Shown here piece after piece: positions 39,483 to 50,448 of a stretch of DNA of 64,000 nucleotides. The notes beneath the pieces were generated by a model. That model did no database searches, was not told the DNA's origin, and saw nothing but the letters and a program-made list of their open reading frames with translations. Every line of letters begins with the position of its first letter. The first letter of the stretch is position 1. Source of the stretch: Candidatus Doudnabacteria bacterium (GTDB lineage Bacteria > Patescibacteriota > Doudnabacteria > UBA920 > O2-02-FULL-48-8); contig JAIFWV010000001.1 in NCBI GenBank assembly GCA_019659055.1, forward strand, positions 6,123 through 70,122, read 5' to 3'. A program made the translations under genes and the position numbers.

Positions 39483-40235
39483 TTATTTATGTTCACTTTC
39501 CATAAATTTCTGGATATCGTTGATCGTGCTCATGAATTGAGCCGGGAAAATGATTGTGGAATTTTTCTCAACGGAAATTTCAGCCATAGTCTGCAAATTA
39601 CGCAACTGCAAGGCAATCGGGTGAGCCGCCATGATGTCCGCGGTCTGAGCCAGTTTTTCGCTAGCCAGAAGTTCGCCTTCGGCGGCGATGACCTTGGCTC
39701 GCTTCTCGCGCTCGGCTTCGGCCTGTTTGGCCATGGCTCTCTGCATATTCTCAGGTAACTCAATATCTTTGATCTCCACCACGGAAACGACAACTCCCCA
39801 AGGCTCTGTGTGAGAATCGAGGACGGTGCGGATTTCATTGTTGATAGAATCGCGTTCAGACAAAATTTCATCGAGCTGAAACCTGCCGACTATGTTGCGC
39901 ACGGTCGTTTGGGCGATCTGGTTGATGGCCGACATGACGTTTTCGATAGCGATTATGGATTTGATTGGATCAACAATTTTGTAATAAGCGACAACAGAGA
40001 CATCCACGGAAACGTTGTCCTTGGTGATAATCTTCTGCGGCTGTACTGGCATGGTAATTGTCCGCAAATCGACTTTCTTGAGTGTGTCGATAAACGGTAC
40101 GATGAGGTTTAACCCCGGGGTCCTGGTCCCCACGATTTTACCTAACCGAAAGACGACGCCCGTTTGGTACTGCTGTACCGTTCGAAGTCCCATCAAGACG
40201 AGGACCAAAAGGATAAAAATTATAGTAATAACCAT
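39483..40235 (-). CDS. SPFH/band-7 (slipin/stomatin) protein
   Basis: VVFRLG, PGL..IVPFID, TKDNV, QTTVR, RAMAKQAEAERE.RAK. Confidence 0.92.
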   Translation of the reverse strand: MVITIIFILLVLVLMGLRTVQQYQTGVVFRLGKIVGTRTPGLNLIVPFIDTLKKVDLRTITMPVQPQKIITKDNVSVDVSVVAYYKIVDPIKSIIAIENVMSAINQIAQTTVRNIVGRFQLDEILSERDSINNEIRTVLDSHTEPWGVVVSVVEIKDIELPENMQRAMAKQAEAEREKRAKVIAAEGELLASEKLAQTADIMAAHPIALQLRNLQTMAEISVEKNSTIIFPAQFMSTINDIQKFMESEHK

Positions 40236-40239
40236 AAAA

Positions 40240-40785
40240 TTATATTTTCTTTATTTGTAAAAAGTCGAGCTCAAGCGGAGTCTCGCGGCCGAAGATAGAA
40301 ACCAGGACTTTGACTTTGCCCTTCTCGTCATCGGTCTCGGAGACCTTGCCTTCATAATCTTTGAATGGACCGTCCATGATGCGCACCAAGTCGCCAGCGC
40401 GGACATCGATTTTATACTTGGGTTCCTCTACGCCCATGCGCTTCTGCAAAAACTGGATTTCGGCATCGGAGATAGGAGTCGGGATAGTCCCGGAACCCAC
40501 AAACCCGGTGACGTTAGGCGTATTGCGCACGACATACCATGAATCGTCTGTAACGATCATTTCCACAAGGACGTAGCCTGGAAAAATCTTTTCTTCTACA
40601 GTGACGCGCTTGCTATCTTTAATCTTGATCTTCTTCTCTTTGGGCACTAGGACATTGAAGATCTTGTCTTCCATACCCATAGATTCTATGCGCTGTTTCA
40701 AATTAAAAGCAACGCTATCTTCGTAGCCAGAATATGTATGCAGGACGTACCAATGTTTCTCTCCGGTAACTTGCTGACGGGCCAT
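40240..40785 (-). CDS. nusG: Transcription factor NusG
   Basis: WYVLHTYSGYE, FPGYVLV, KOW motif, FGRETP. Confidence 0.97.
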   Translation of the reverse strand: MARQQVTGEKHWYVLHTYSGYEDSVAFNLKQRIESMGMEDKIFNVLVPKEKKIKIKDSKRVTVEEKIFPGYVLVEMIVTDDSWYVVRNTPNVTGFVGSGTIPTPISDAEIQFLQKRMGVEEPKYKIDVRAGDLVRIMDGPFKDYEGKVSETDDEKGKVKVLVSIFGRETPLELDFLQIKKI

Positions 40786-40828
40786 AAAATTAGATTAAAG
40801 TTTATAGTTAAAAGTTGATAAGATCCTA

Positions 40829-41017
40829 TTATTGCTTCGTTATAGCGTACTCTATGAGCTTGGTAAGCCCGAAGTCGGCCGCACCCAAAATTGCCGCGAC
40901 AAAAAGTGAGATACCTATTACTCCGAGAGTAATGTTTATGGTTTCTCTTCGAGTCGGCCAAATAACTTTTTGGAGTTCATTCTTGGCCTCTTTTATAAAC
41001 TGAATTGGATTTGCCAT
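40829..41017 (-). CDS. secE: Preprotein translocase SecE
   Basis: EL.KV.WPTR.E plus TM helix; upstream of nusG. Confidence 0.93.
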   Translation of the reverse strand: MANPIQFIKEAKNELQKVIWPTRRETINITLGVIGISLFVAAILGAADFGLTKLIEYAITKQ

Positions 41018-41019
41018 AG

Positions 41020-41089
41020 GATGTCGTGGATCGTGATGCGTGATACGTGGATCGCGAAACGTTTCAAGGTTCACGCTTCATGTTACACG
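41020..41089. repeat. Heptamer-built palindromic element upstream of secE
   Basis: CGTGGATCGCGAAACGTTTCAAGGTTCACGCTTCA shared with the copy at 39433. Confidence 0.8.
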
Positions 41090-41176
41090 CTTTTAAGTCT
41101 TTATAAAAACCCCTTTCGGGGCTTTTAATCTTGGACTTATTATAGACCTTTTTTGATATATCGTCAAGTATAGGTT

Positions 41177-43666
41177 CTAAGGGGAAATTTCCTTAAATAC
41201 AGGTGGTTTGGCTGAGCTGTTGGCATTGAGGAAGGATGTCCTCTTGGTTACAGAACAGTTAGCACCGTAGCTTTGGCCAGTGCAGTTGATAGTACCAGTG
41301 TTCGTAAAGAGGTTGCTGGTAACCGGTGAGACGACAGCTTGGGCATCAAACAATATGACCCAATTGGAACCGATCGGAATATTGCCCGAAAGGTTAATGG
41401 CAATACTCGGTTCCGAGCCTCCGATCGAACCAGTCTCGCCTGCTTCACCGTATATACCGTTGCCGTTTTTATCCACTCGCAAGCACCAAGACCCGGTTCC
41501 GCCGGCGGGGCAGGTCGCCGGGTGTGTAAGGTTGTCAGAAAGTACGTCCGGTGAAATACCAGTAATCGATGCGGCGTCAGTGGCCGTATTGCTATTGATT
41601 ATAGTGTATCGGAAAGTTACGATGTCGCCGTTATGTATGATCGTGCTTGGGGTATATGCAATTCTATTGACTTGGTAAATTACCTTGGTCGAGTTATTGA
41701 TGTTTGGTGCGCATTGGATTATAAAGACATTCACGTCACTGCTTGAGGCTGTAAGTGCCGAACTGATTGCGCGCACATTGTAATAATAAGTCCCGCCTCC
41801 AAGCACGGTATTGTCATTATAAGTTTGCGTGTTTTGAGGAAGATCAGCAATTTTGGCAAACGGACCCGAAGCCGAACTTGAGCGCCAGACCTGGTAACCG
41901 CCTACTGCATTTTCGTTGTTGGCGTTGTCTGTCCAATTCAGGATGGCACGGTTACAACTTGAGGTTGCGGTAAGGTTGGTGGGAGTCGCTAGATAGGTTA
42001 ATGTAAAAGTAATTGATCCCCCGCTATTTAGGGTTTGAGTGGAATTGCTGACATAAGACGGCCCGACGTAGCCACCTCTTGTGTTGGCCGAGATTGCGTA
42101 GACGCTTGGGTTGGCCGGGGCATTGGCATAAGTTGCAGTGGTGCTCGGGAAACTGCCTACATATGTGCTTGGTCCGGTGACGGTCCACGAAGTTGCTGTA
42201 TCCGAATTCACGAAAATCGTACCAGATCCCGTTACGCTAAAACTTTGGATGAATTGCTGTCCGTAAAAATAATTACTGCCAGGTCCCGGGCATGTCGTAC
42301 CATCCGGCATGAGGAAGTCTCTCCCAGGTTTATGGACTGCTTGCATTACCAGAGTGTAGTTGCCTGGTGTCGAAGGCGCGGTAAGGTTGAAGGTCCAATT
42401 ATGCGTATCACCCGGATACATACCGTAGCTATAGTGACCATAGTTCAAACCATCCACGCCCGGTGGACCCGTACTTATAATAGATAGTGCTGTGGATGAT
42501 GTCTGCCAGACTTGCCACCAACCGCCGTCCGGCCACCTGGTGTTACCCGTATCGGTGATTGTGAAAGAAAATGGAACGACCTGACCGGCTGATATAGAAG
42601 CTGGAATTGCAGTAACCGTAGTCATGGATGCGTCCTCTATACATCCGCCGGTTGGCGGAGGCGGCGGAGGCGGCGGAGCGCCGGCACCGCAAGTCCCGGA
42701 ACCGACTGTAATCGGAGCTGTGGTACTTGAAAATGTCGAGCCAACACCGTTAATGGCGCGGACACGATAAGTATATGTGTTCCCTGCTGAAACAGCCGAA
42801 TCCGAGTAGGCGTCCATTTGAGCATAATTGCCTGAGAAGATGACTCTGAATCCACCACCGTTTACCGAACGTTCCAAATCGTAACTGGTCGCGCCAGATG
42901 AACTATTAAAGTTGACTTCTATTTGCGGGCTGGGCCAACCGAAACAGGATGAACCAGTGATACTAAACGCCCCAGGCGCACTAGTGCTGTCAGCATAAGC
43001 TAAAGTAAATGTGATCGAAGAGCCTGATAAGGTTTGTGTGGATGAAGGTGTGATAGTTAAAGTCTTACCCGCAATCGCATCAGCGGAGATACTATAAGTA
43101 CCCGCGGCAGCTGAATAGGAATTACCTGACCCGCACTCCGGAGGGATAGTTGTAGGTCCACCGCTTATGGTCCAGCATGTCGAAGGTACTCCGCTAACGA
43201 CAACATTAATGATTGATGGAGCTAAACCGATATTTAAAGTATAGTCCACACCTACCCCTGTTTCCGGGTCTGGGAGACAATTCTGCTGAATGGTTACATG
43301 GATTCCAGTACTCCCCGTTACAGGGTCCATATCCCCATAAAATCTGCCTGCGCCACTAGGACCGGCCGGATAAGTCTGGCTTTTTCCGTTCGGATAGGAG
43401 ATATCATTATATGAGCCAGGCTCAGCGTAAGTATGGACCACGAAATTAAACCGAGTCCCGCTTGGTACACTTATAGCGTCAAACGAGCTAGCGCCTGTCG
43501 AAGTGAATGTCCCGTACCCTTCTGTCTCGATTACAACTCTGGGGGTACCAGCCAAACTACAAACCTGTATTGCTGAAGCCTTCTGTACGCCCGCAAAAAA
43601 ACCACCGGCAAATATTGCCAGGAGTACCATGATAATCCGTGTGGATAAACCGAGTTTAAATTTCAT
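41177..43666 (-). CDS. Large secreted surface protein with FN3/Ig-like domains
   Basis: Signal peptide; YTYRVRA and YYYNVRA FN3 motifs; poly-Pro linker; C-terminal PVFKEISP. Confidence 0.8.
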   Translation of the reverse strand: MKFKLGLSTRIIMVLLAIFAGGFFAGVQKASAIQVCSLAGTPRVVIETEGYGTFTSTGASSFDAISVPSGTRFNFVVHTYAEPGSYNDISYPNGKSQTYPAGPSGAGRFYGDMDPVTGSTGIHVTIQQNCLPDPETGVGVDYTLNIGLAPSIINVVVSGVPSTCWTISGGPTTIPPECGSGNSYSAAAGTYSISADAIAGKTLTITPSSTQTLSGSSITFTLAYADSTSAPGAFSITGSSCFGWPSPQIEVNFNSSSGATSYDLERSVNGGGFRVIFSGNYAQMDAYSDSAVSAGNTYTYRVRAINGVGSTFSSTTAPITVGSGTCGAGAPPPPPPPPTGGCIEDASMTTVTAIPASISAGQVVPFSFTITDTGNTRWPDGGWWQVWQTSSTALSIISTGPPGVDGLNYGHYSYGMYPGDTHNWTFNLTAPSTPGNYTLVMQAVHKPGRDFLMPDGTTCPGPGSNYFYGQQFIQSFSVTGSGTIFVNSDTATSWTVTGPSTYVGSFPSTTATYANAPANPSVYAISANTRGGYVGPSYVSNSTQTLNSGGSITFTLTYLATPTNLTATSSCNRAILNWTDNANNENAVGGYQVWRSSSASGPFAKIADLPQNTQTYNDNTVLGGGTYYYNVRAISSALTASSSDVNVFIIQCAPNINNSTKVIYQVNRIAYTPSTIIHNGDIVTFRYTIINSNTATDAASITGISPDVLSDNLTHPATCPAGGTGSWCLRVDKNGNGIYGEAGETGSIGGSEPSIAINLSGNIPIGSNWVILFDAQAVVSPVTSNLFTNTGTINCTGQSYGANCSVTKRTSFLNANSSAKPPVFKEISP

Positions 43667-43771
43667 TTGTTTCTAAGTGTGTCCAGTGTGAAGGAATTAT
43701 AACCTAATTTTGATTGATTGTAAAGAAAAATGCCAAGCAAGACTGCTGTCCTGCTTGGCATCGTGTACTGG

Positions 43772-44653
43772 CTACTTGGTACCGAATTTTGGGTCGGTGT
43801 CTTTCCAGTAAGCCATTGGTTTCCTCATGACGATCATGCGCATGGCCCACAGGTCTTCCTGAGTGGGACTCAGAGTGGTCGTATACTGGCTGAAGATTGA
43901 CTTCGAGGAAGATGTGACATTCAACCCCAGCAAGATTCCGAACTCACGCAAGGCATAGGATCGGGCCGAGTTGGTGTTCAGAAAGTAAATCTTGTCGCCT
44001 GTAATAAGACCGTCACTTCCAGACGGTTCCGAATACGAAACTCCGAGATTCCCTTGATTCACAGTAACAGCCAGCGTTCCGGGAAGAGCAACGCCATCTG
44101 CTACTACTCGAAAGGCGTATTCACGATTCAACTGGGTGATGGTCTCGGCGTCTCGCTCGAGCGAAGACATTACGTTACGATCAGACCGGAACGGCTCAGA
44201 CACAATCAACGAAACATCTTGATTGAGCCTAAAAATCTTGCCTTTCCGACCACCAAGCGCTTCTCCAGAAAATGCCACGCTCGAAACGTAGCCTTCCCCG
44301 TTTTCACCAAGTGGCCAGAGGTAGTAATTCTTCCGGTCGTAGACGAGACTGGCATCCAGAAACCCTGAAGCGGTAATCTTGAGCGACGTTCCGGCTTCGG
44401 GTTCGGGCAGAGAAACCTCTCCGTTGGCGCTGGTCGTCAGTGACTTCCCGAGCGTAAGAAAATTGACCTGAGCTCCGACCACGGGGGTGTCGTTTGCTCC
44501 GGAGTAGAAAGCCAGGGTCACCTCAGGCTTCACCGGAGGCGGGAGCGGAGTTGGAGTTGGGGTTGGAGTGTTCGGCGAGCCGCCGCACGAAAGAGTAGTC
44601 AGGCCGAAAAACAGGGCCAAAACAGTGCCCAGCCGAAAAAACGGCTTGTGCAT
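43772..44653 (-). CDS. Putative lipoprotein with degenerate zincin-like C-terminus
   Basis: LSCGG lipobox; PT linker; LREFGILLGL in place of HExGHxLGL; GAGGAGG SD. Confidence 0.6.
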   Translation of the reverse strand: MHKPFFRLGTVLALFFGLTTLSCGGSPNTPTPTPTPLPPPVKPEVTLAFYSGANDTPVVGAQVNFLTLGKSLTTSANGEVSLPEPEAGTSLKITASGFLDASLVYDRKNYYLWPLGENGEGYVSSVAFSGEALGGRKGKIFRLNQDVSLIVSEPFRSDRNVMSSLERDAETITQLNREYAFRVVADGVALPGTLAVTVNQGNLGVSYSEPSGSDGLITGDKIYFLNTNSARSYALREFGILLGLNVTSSSKSIFSQYTTTLSPTQEDLWAMRMIVMRKPMAYWKDTDPKFGTK

Positions 44654-44762
44654 GATCTATCCTCCTCTAAAGTGGAAAAGCCTGTATAAGTGCTTATGAC
44701 GGGAAACTAACACGCCGGAAGCTTTCTGTCAATTGCACAAAAAAACCGAGCCTCAAGCCCGG

Positions 44763-45206
44763 TTATTTGTATGTTTCGATTCGATATGGGTTTATGTCAC
44801 CCTCATCAAATGGATAAGTTTGGGTATAAAAGGTCAAAGTCTCCCCAACTTTGATATCTTTTATTGTAATTTTGGTTTCCTCGAAACTACCATCTGCTTT
44901 TTTTGTTTTCAATATAATGGCGGTAAATTCTGTAAGATCGGCGGTTTTCAAAAGTGTTACCGAGGCGCCATTTTGGATAACATGGGTCTTAAACTGAATC
45001 GATTTTGCACCGACTGCAGTCACCTCGCCTTGGAGAGCAAAGTTGTCATACTTAGGATCTCGCGCTTGCTCCAAAACGCTCTTTTGATTTTGAGTGGATG
45101 TTTGATTATGGGTTTGGGTTTTGGAATTTGGGTGCAAGAAGAAATACGCGACTCCCGCGCAGAGGATCAAAACAAGAATTAAAATTAAAATCCGGGCTTT
45201 GGCCAT
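44763..45206 (-). CDS. Single-TM protein with OB-fold/DUF5666-like domain
   Basis: N-terminal TM; GEV..V...I; DIKVG motif. Confidence 0.6.
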   Translation of the reverse strand: MAKARILILILVLILCAGVAYFFLHPNSKTQTHNQTSTQNQKSVLEQARDPKYDNFALQGEVTAVGAKSIQFKTHVIQNGASVTLLKTADLTEFTAIILKTKKADGSFEETKITIKDIKVGETLTFYTQTYPFDEGDINPYRIETYK

Positions 45207-45602
45207 TTATTTTATAATTTCCACTTTACTTACAACTGCAGTGGAAGATGCAAGGTCGTTAGAGCTATATATGACGATCTGCGAACCAACTGCCACATCC
45301 GAAAGCTTGGCGCTCTGGAGAGCGGTCCCAGTTTTCGCGGTAACGCGCCTAACCACCTCGAGAGTCGATCCAAAAGTAAAATCTTTTACAGTCGAACCGT
45401 CTGCCAGAGTTATGGAATAGGTTTTACCGTTAATTTGTTTGACCGTGCCGTTGGCGGAAAAAAGCGACACTTTCGGAACTACTTTGGTATCCCCGCCCGG
45501 ATTCTCTTCGTTTATGGTCAATGTTTGGTTTGATTTAACGTAAAAATAAGCGCCAACGAGCAGAACCACCAATATCGCCAGGGCTAACAACCATTTTTTC
45601 AT
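45207..45602 (-). CDS. Single-TM protein with OB-fold/DUF5666-like domain
   Basis: N-terminal TM; GTVKQI; LSDVAVG motif; resembles its neighbour. Confidence 0.6.
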   Translation of the reverse strand: MKKWLLALAILVVLLVGAYFYVKSNQTLTINEENPGGDTKVVPKVSLFSANGTVKQINGKTYSITLADGSTVKDFTFGSTLEVVRRVTAKTGTALQSAKLSDVAVGSQIVIYSSNDLASSTAVVSKVEIIK

Positions 45603-45652
45603 ATTTGTTTCGGAATTTTAGCTTTGATAACCAAAGTATAACTTGCGGCAAA

Positions 45653-47728
<2,076 letters not shown>

Positions 47729-47811
47729 TTAAAATCGGGCCGATTTGGCCCTTGTTTCTACATAGGTATTATAGCAGATTTTGCGGGCTTTTTCCACCCC
47801 ATTTTGGGGAT

Positions 47812-48040
47812 AAAAAAAGCCCTGTTTTAGGGCATCTGAACACCCGACACCCCGTCCCGGGTGTTGCCGAGGCCTCTAGCCCCGACCATCCTGAATATCT
47901 ATCCATCGCGAGCGGCCGTTTGCTTAAGCTTAAATCTAATAGGCCGCGTGGCGATCTCTTAAAAGATTGCCGCGTCGCCGCGGAGCTAATGCTTAAGAGT
48001 TGCGGCTCCTCGCAATGGGATATATGCTCGCTTGGTATTC
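47812..48040 (-). ncRNA. Candidate 6S-like long-hairpin RNA plus 3' hairpins and terminator
   Basis: Nested pairs CCAUUGCGAG/CUCGCGAUGG, CUUAAGC/GCUUAAG, CCGCG/CGCGG around a central bubble. Confidence 0.45.
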
Positions 48041-48072
48041 CGACAAAATGTTTTTCAACGTCGCATTAAACC

Positions 48073-48143
48073 AAAACCAGGTTGCAGCCTGGTTTATTCC
48101 TAGCTTCCCAGCTTCTTAGCTTCTAGATTCCAGCTTCCAGATT
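48073..48143. repeat. AAACCAGG palindrome plus CAGCTTC tandem array, copy 2
   Basis: Matches 13681-13753. Confidence 0.7.
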
Positions 48144-48144
48144 C

Positions 48145-49269
48145 CTATCTTAACTGGGCATTGTATTGCTTGGCTGTTTCTTCGTAGAGTTTATTTTGGA
48201 GCGGGTCAACTTCTTCGGTCTTCAAAGTCCGCTCATTACTGCGATACACCACTCGGTACGTGTAGCTGACCTTATCCTTTCCAAATTTTTCCTCGTTTTC
48301 GTATTTGTCGAGAAGCTCGACTTCCTCCACGAGGTCGCCGCCAATATCGCGGATAAGATCAAAGTAATCATTCGGAGCGAAGTTATTATCGACGACAAAA
48401 GAAATGTCACGCGTTATGGGCGGAAATTTACTGACCTCGACAAACTTAGTCCCGAGTTTGAGTTGTTTGACCACTCGCGGGTCCGCAGACCACAAGAGCC
48501 GTATGTCTGGCAGCTGCATCGAAGCTATGGCCAGACGTTCCAAACCAAAGCCAAAAGCCCAGCCGTTGTAGCCAGTAAGTCCTAAGTTTTCTAATACAGA
48601 CTTCCTCACCAGACCCGAACCAAGCATTTCGATCCATTGGCCGTTGATCTCGGCTTCCATCTCAAAACTGGGATCTGTGTAGGGAAAAGTGTGATCGTAA
48701 AATCGGAAATTACTCCCGAAGACGTTGGTTGCGACATCAGACAGTACGTTCTTGAGGTCATCCGCGGTGATCACGCGCTTGTCATCGGGTGCTATAAGCC
48801 AGCCCCCAAACTGATGAAAGACGTTCATGTGCCGGCGGTCGATTTCGTCCTTGCGGTAAACTTTACCGTAGCAGATCGCCCCTAAAATTTCTTTGTTTGC
48901 AATCCGCTTTTTGATCTCCGGATCATTCAGGTAGTAATACCAAAAAACTGTATCGTGAGTTCTGAGGACATTTTCGTCATCCACGTAATATGTATCCGAT
49001 TTACTGCGGGCTGGATGCCCCGGCGGCATGTTAAACAAATCAAACAATATTTTCGTCGGCACGATTTCTGGGACTTTGATTTCATCAAAATCCGCAAGGC
49101 TTTTGACTTGCTTGGCTTTGTCCACGATTTCCTTGAGCGGACTGCCTGCGGTCCGCGACAAGTCGGGCAAATTTAAAAAACGCAGCATGCGCTTGCCGTC
49201 TGCATCAGTTCGAGATTCAAGTTCTTTGCGAAGCCTCGCTTCGTCCGGAGAGTTTATGACAATTTCCAT
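48145..49269 (-). CDS. pheS: Single-chain (mitochondrial-type) Phe-tRNA synthetase: PheS catalytic domain plus FDX-ACB
   Basis: FD.F..P.GHPAR..SDTYY, VYRKDEID..H..VFHQ, FPYTDPSFE, AFGFGLERLA; C-terminal SKFPPITRDISF...YRS.ERTL. Confidence 0.88.
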   Translation of the reverse strand: MEIVINSPDEARLRKELESRTDADGKRMLRFLNLPDLSRTAGSPLKEIVDKAKQVKSLADFDEIKVPEIVPTKILFDLFNMPPGHPARSKSDTYYVDDENVLRTHDTVFWYYYLNDPEIKKRIANKEILGAICYGKVYRKDEIDRRHMNVFHQFGGWLIAPDDKRVITADDLKNVLSDVATNVFGSNFRFYDHTFPYTDPSFEMEAEINGQWIEMLGSGLVRKSVLENLGLTGYNGWAFGFGLERLAIASMQLPDIRLLWSADPRVVKQLKLGTKFVEVSKFPPITRDISFVVDNNFAPNDYFDLIRDIGGDLVEEVELLDKYENEEKFGKDKVSYTYRVVYRSNERTLKTEEVDPLQNKLYEETAKQYNAQLR

Positions 49270-49276
49270 AGCCCGC

Positions 49277-49687
49277 CTATCTTACCAAATCCGCGGAAAA
49301 ATTACTACCGAGCGGCGCGGTGTCCTTGAGGATGAGAATCCCCTGGCTGTCATCGGTGAGTCCAAGCTCCTTGCCTGAACAAATCATGCCTTGCGACTCA
49401 ACGCCGCGGATCGTGGCGCGGCCTAAAGTGAATGGCTTGCCGGCCGGATCGTGTTGGTCATGCGGAATTATTGCCCCGGGCAAAGCTAGCGGAACAATTG
49501 CTCCCGCTTCAAAATTCCACGCACCGCAGACTATCGGCGCGTAAGTTTGCTTGCCATCGGTGAGTTCCACCACGCGCAGACGATCGGCATTGGGATGCTT
49601 CTCAACCTTCGTGACCTTAGCGACGATAATGTTCTCAAAACCTTGCTTTGAGCCGAATAATTTTTTTAGCTGGGAAAATAAGTTCAT
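49277..49687 (-). CDS. Stand-alone tRNA-binding OB-fold protein (PheT B2/YtpR-like)
   Basis: HPNADRL, IVCGA.N, RGVESQGMICS..ELGL. Confidence 0.85.
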   Translation of the reverse strand: MNLFSQLKKLFGSKQGFENIIVAKVTKVEKHPNADRLRVVELTDGKQTYAPIVCGAWNFEAGAIVPLALPGAIIPHDQHDPAGKPFTLGRATIRGVESQGMICSGKELGLTDDSQGILILKDTAPLGSNFSADLVR

Positions 49688-49693
49688 TGAATT

Positions 49694-50434
49694 CTAGACT
49701 TTTACTAATTTAAAAAAAATAAACCGAGGCAGCCTCGTAGTGTATTCAAGCTTTGGATATTGCGCCAAAAATTCTCCAGGCAATTCGTTTGGCTCAGTTA
49801 TTTCTTCTAACTTAAAATATTTTAGGAATAGCCTTGTGTACTCCTGGATTGTTCGATGATAAAACGGCCATGGTTTGGAACCTTGAGCGTCTTTTCGTTT
49901 TGATGTTTTTTGGTAATAGTCGAATGCCAAGCCGCTCACTGGCTTTCTGAAAATCTTGGCCCAAAAAGATTTGTACAGTTTCATTGTTGGGGTATTAAAT
50001 GCTGGATGAAACACTGCGACAATAAGCTTCCCGCCTGGTTTAAGAATCCGAGCGCTTTCCGAAAGAAAAGTCTCAATATTTGAAAGCGACATGAGAACAC
50101 AGCTTGAAACTACTGCATCGAACTCAGAGTCCGGAAATTCCAATCTTTCCAACAAATCAGCCATTCGAAAATCTATTTCGGGATATGTCTGCTTGGCATA
50201 GTCGAGCATTCTATGCGAACCATCAATGCCAACCATAGTCGCTCCATTGTTTTTGAGAAAAGCTGAAACAAATCCCCCGCCGCAGCCTGCATCGAGTATT
50301 TTCTTGCCTGAGACGTTGCCCAAGATCCTAGATAACTCAGGGAGTATAAGGGCTGAAGCTATCCGCCTCTTTGGCAAAATTTTTTCTACCCAGTTTTCTG
50401 CCTCCTCATCCCAACGTTTCAGATCTTCGTTCAT
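49694..50434 (-). CDS. Class I SAM-dependent methyltransferase
   Basis: ILDAGCGGG, FDAVVS, LKPGG, HP, YHRT. Confidence 0.88.
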   Translation of the reverse strand: MNEDLKRWDEEAENWVEKILPKRRIASALILPELSRILGNVSGKKILDAGCGGGFVSAFLKNNGATMVGIDGSHRMLDYAKQTYPEIDFRMADLLERLEFPDSEFDAVVSSCVLMSLSNIETFLSESARILKPGGKLIVAVFHPAFNTPTMKLYKSFWAKIFRKPVSGLAFDYYQKTSKRKDAQGSKPWPFYHRTIQEYTRLFLKYFKLEEITEPNELPGEFLAQYPKLEYTTRLPRFIFFKLVKV

Positions 50435-50448
50435 GTAATTAAGTAATG

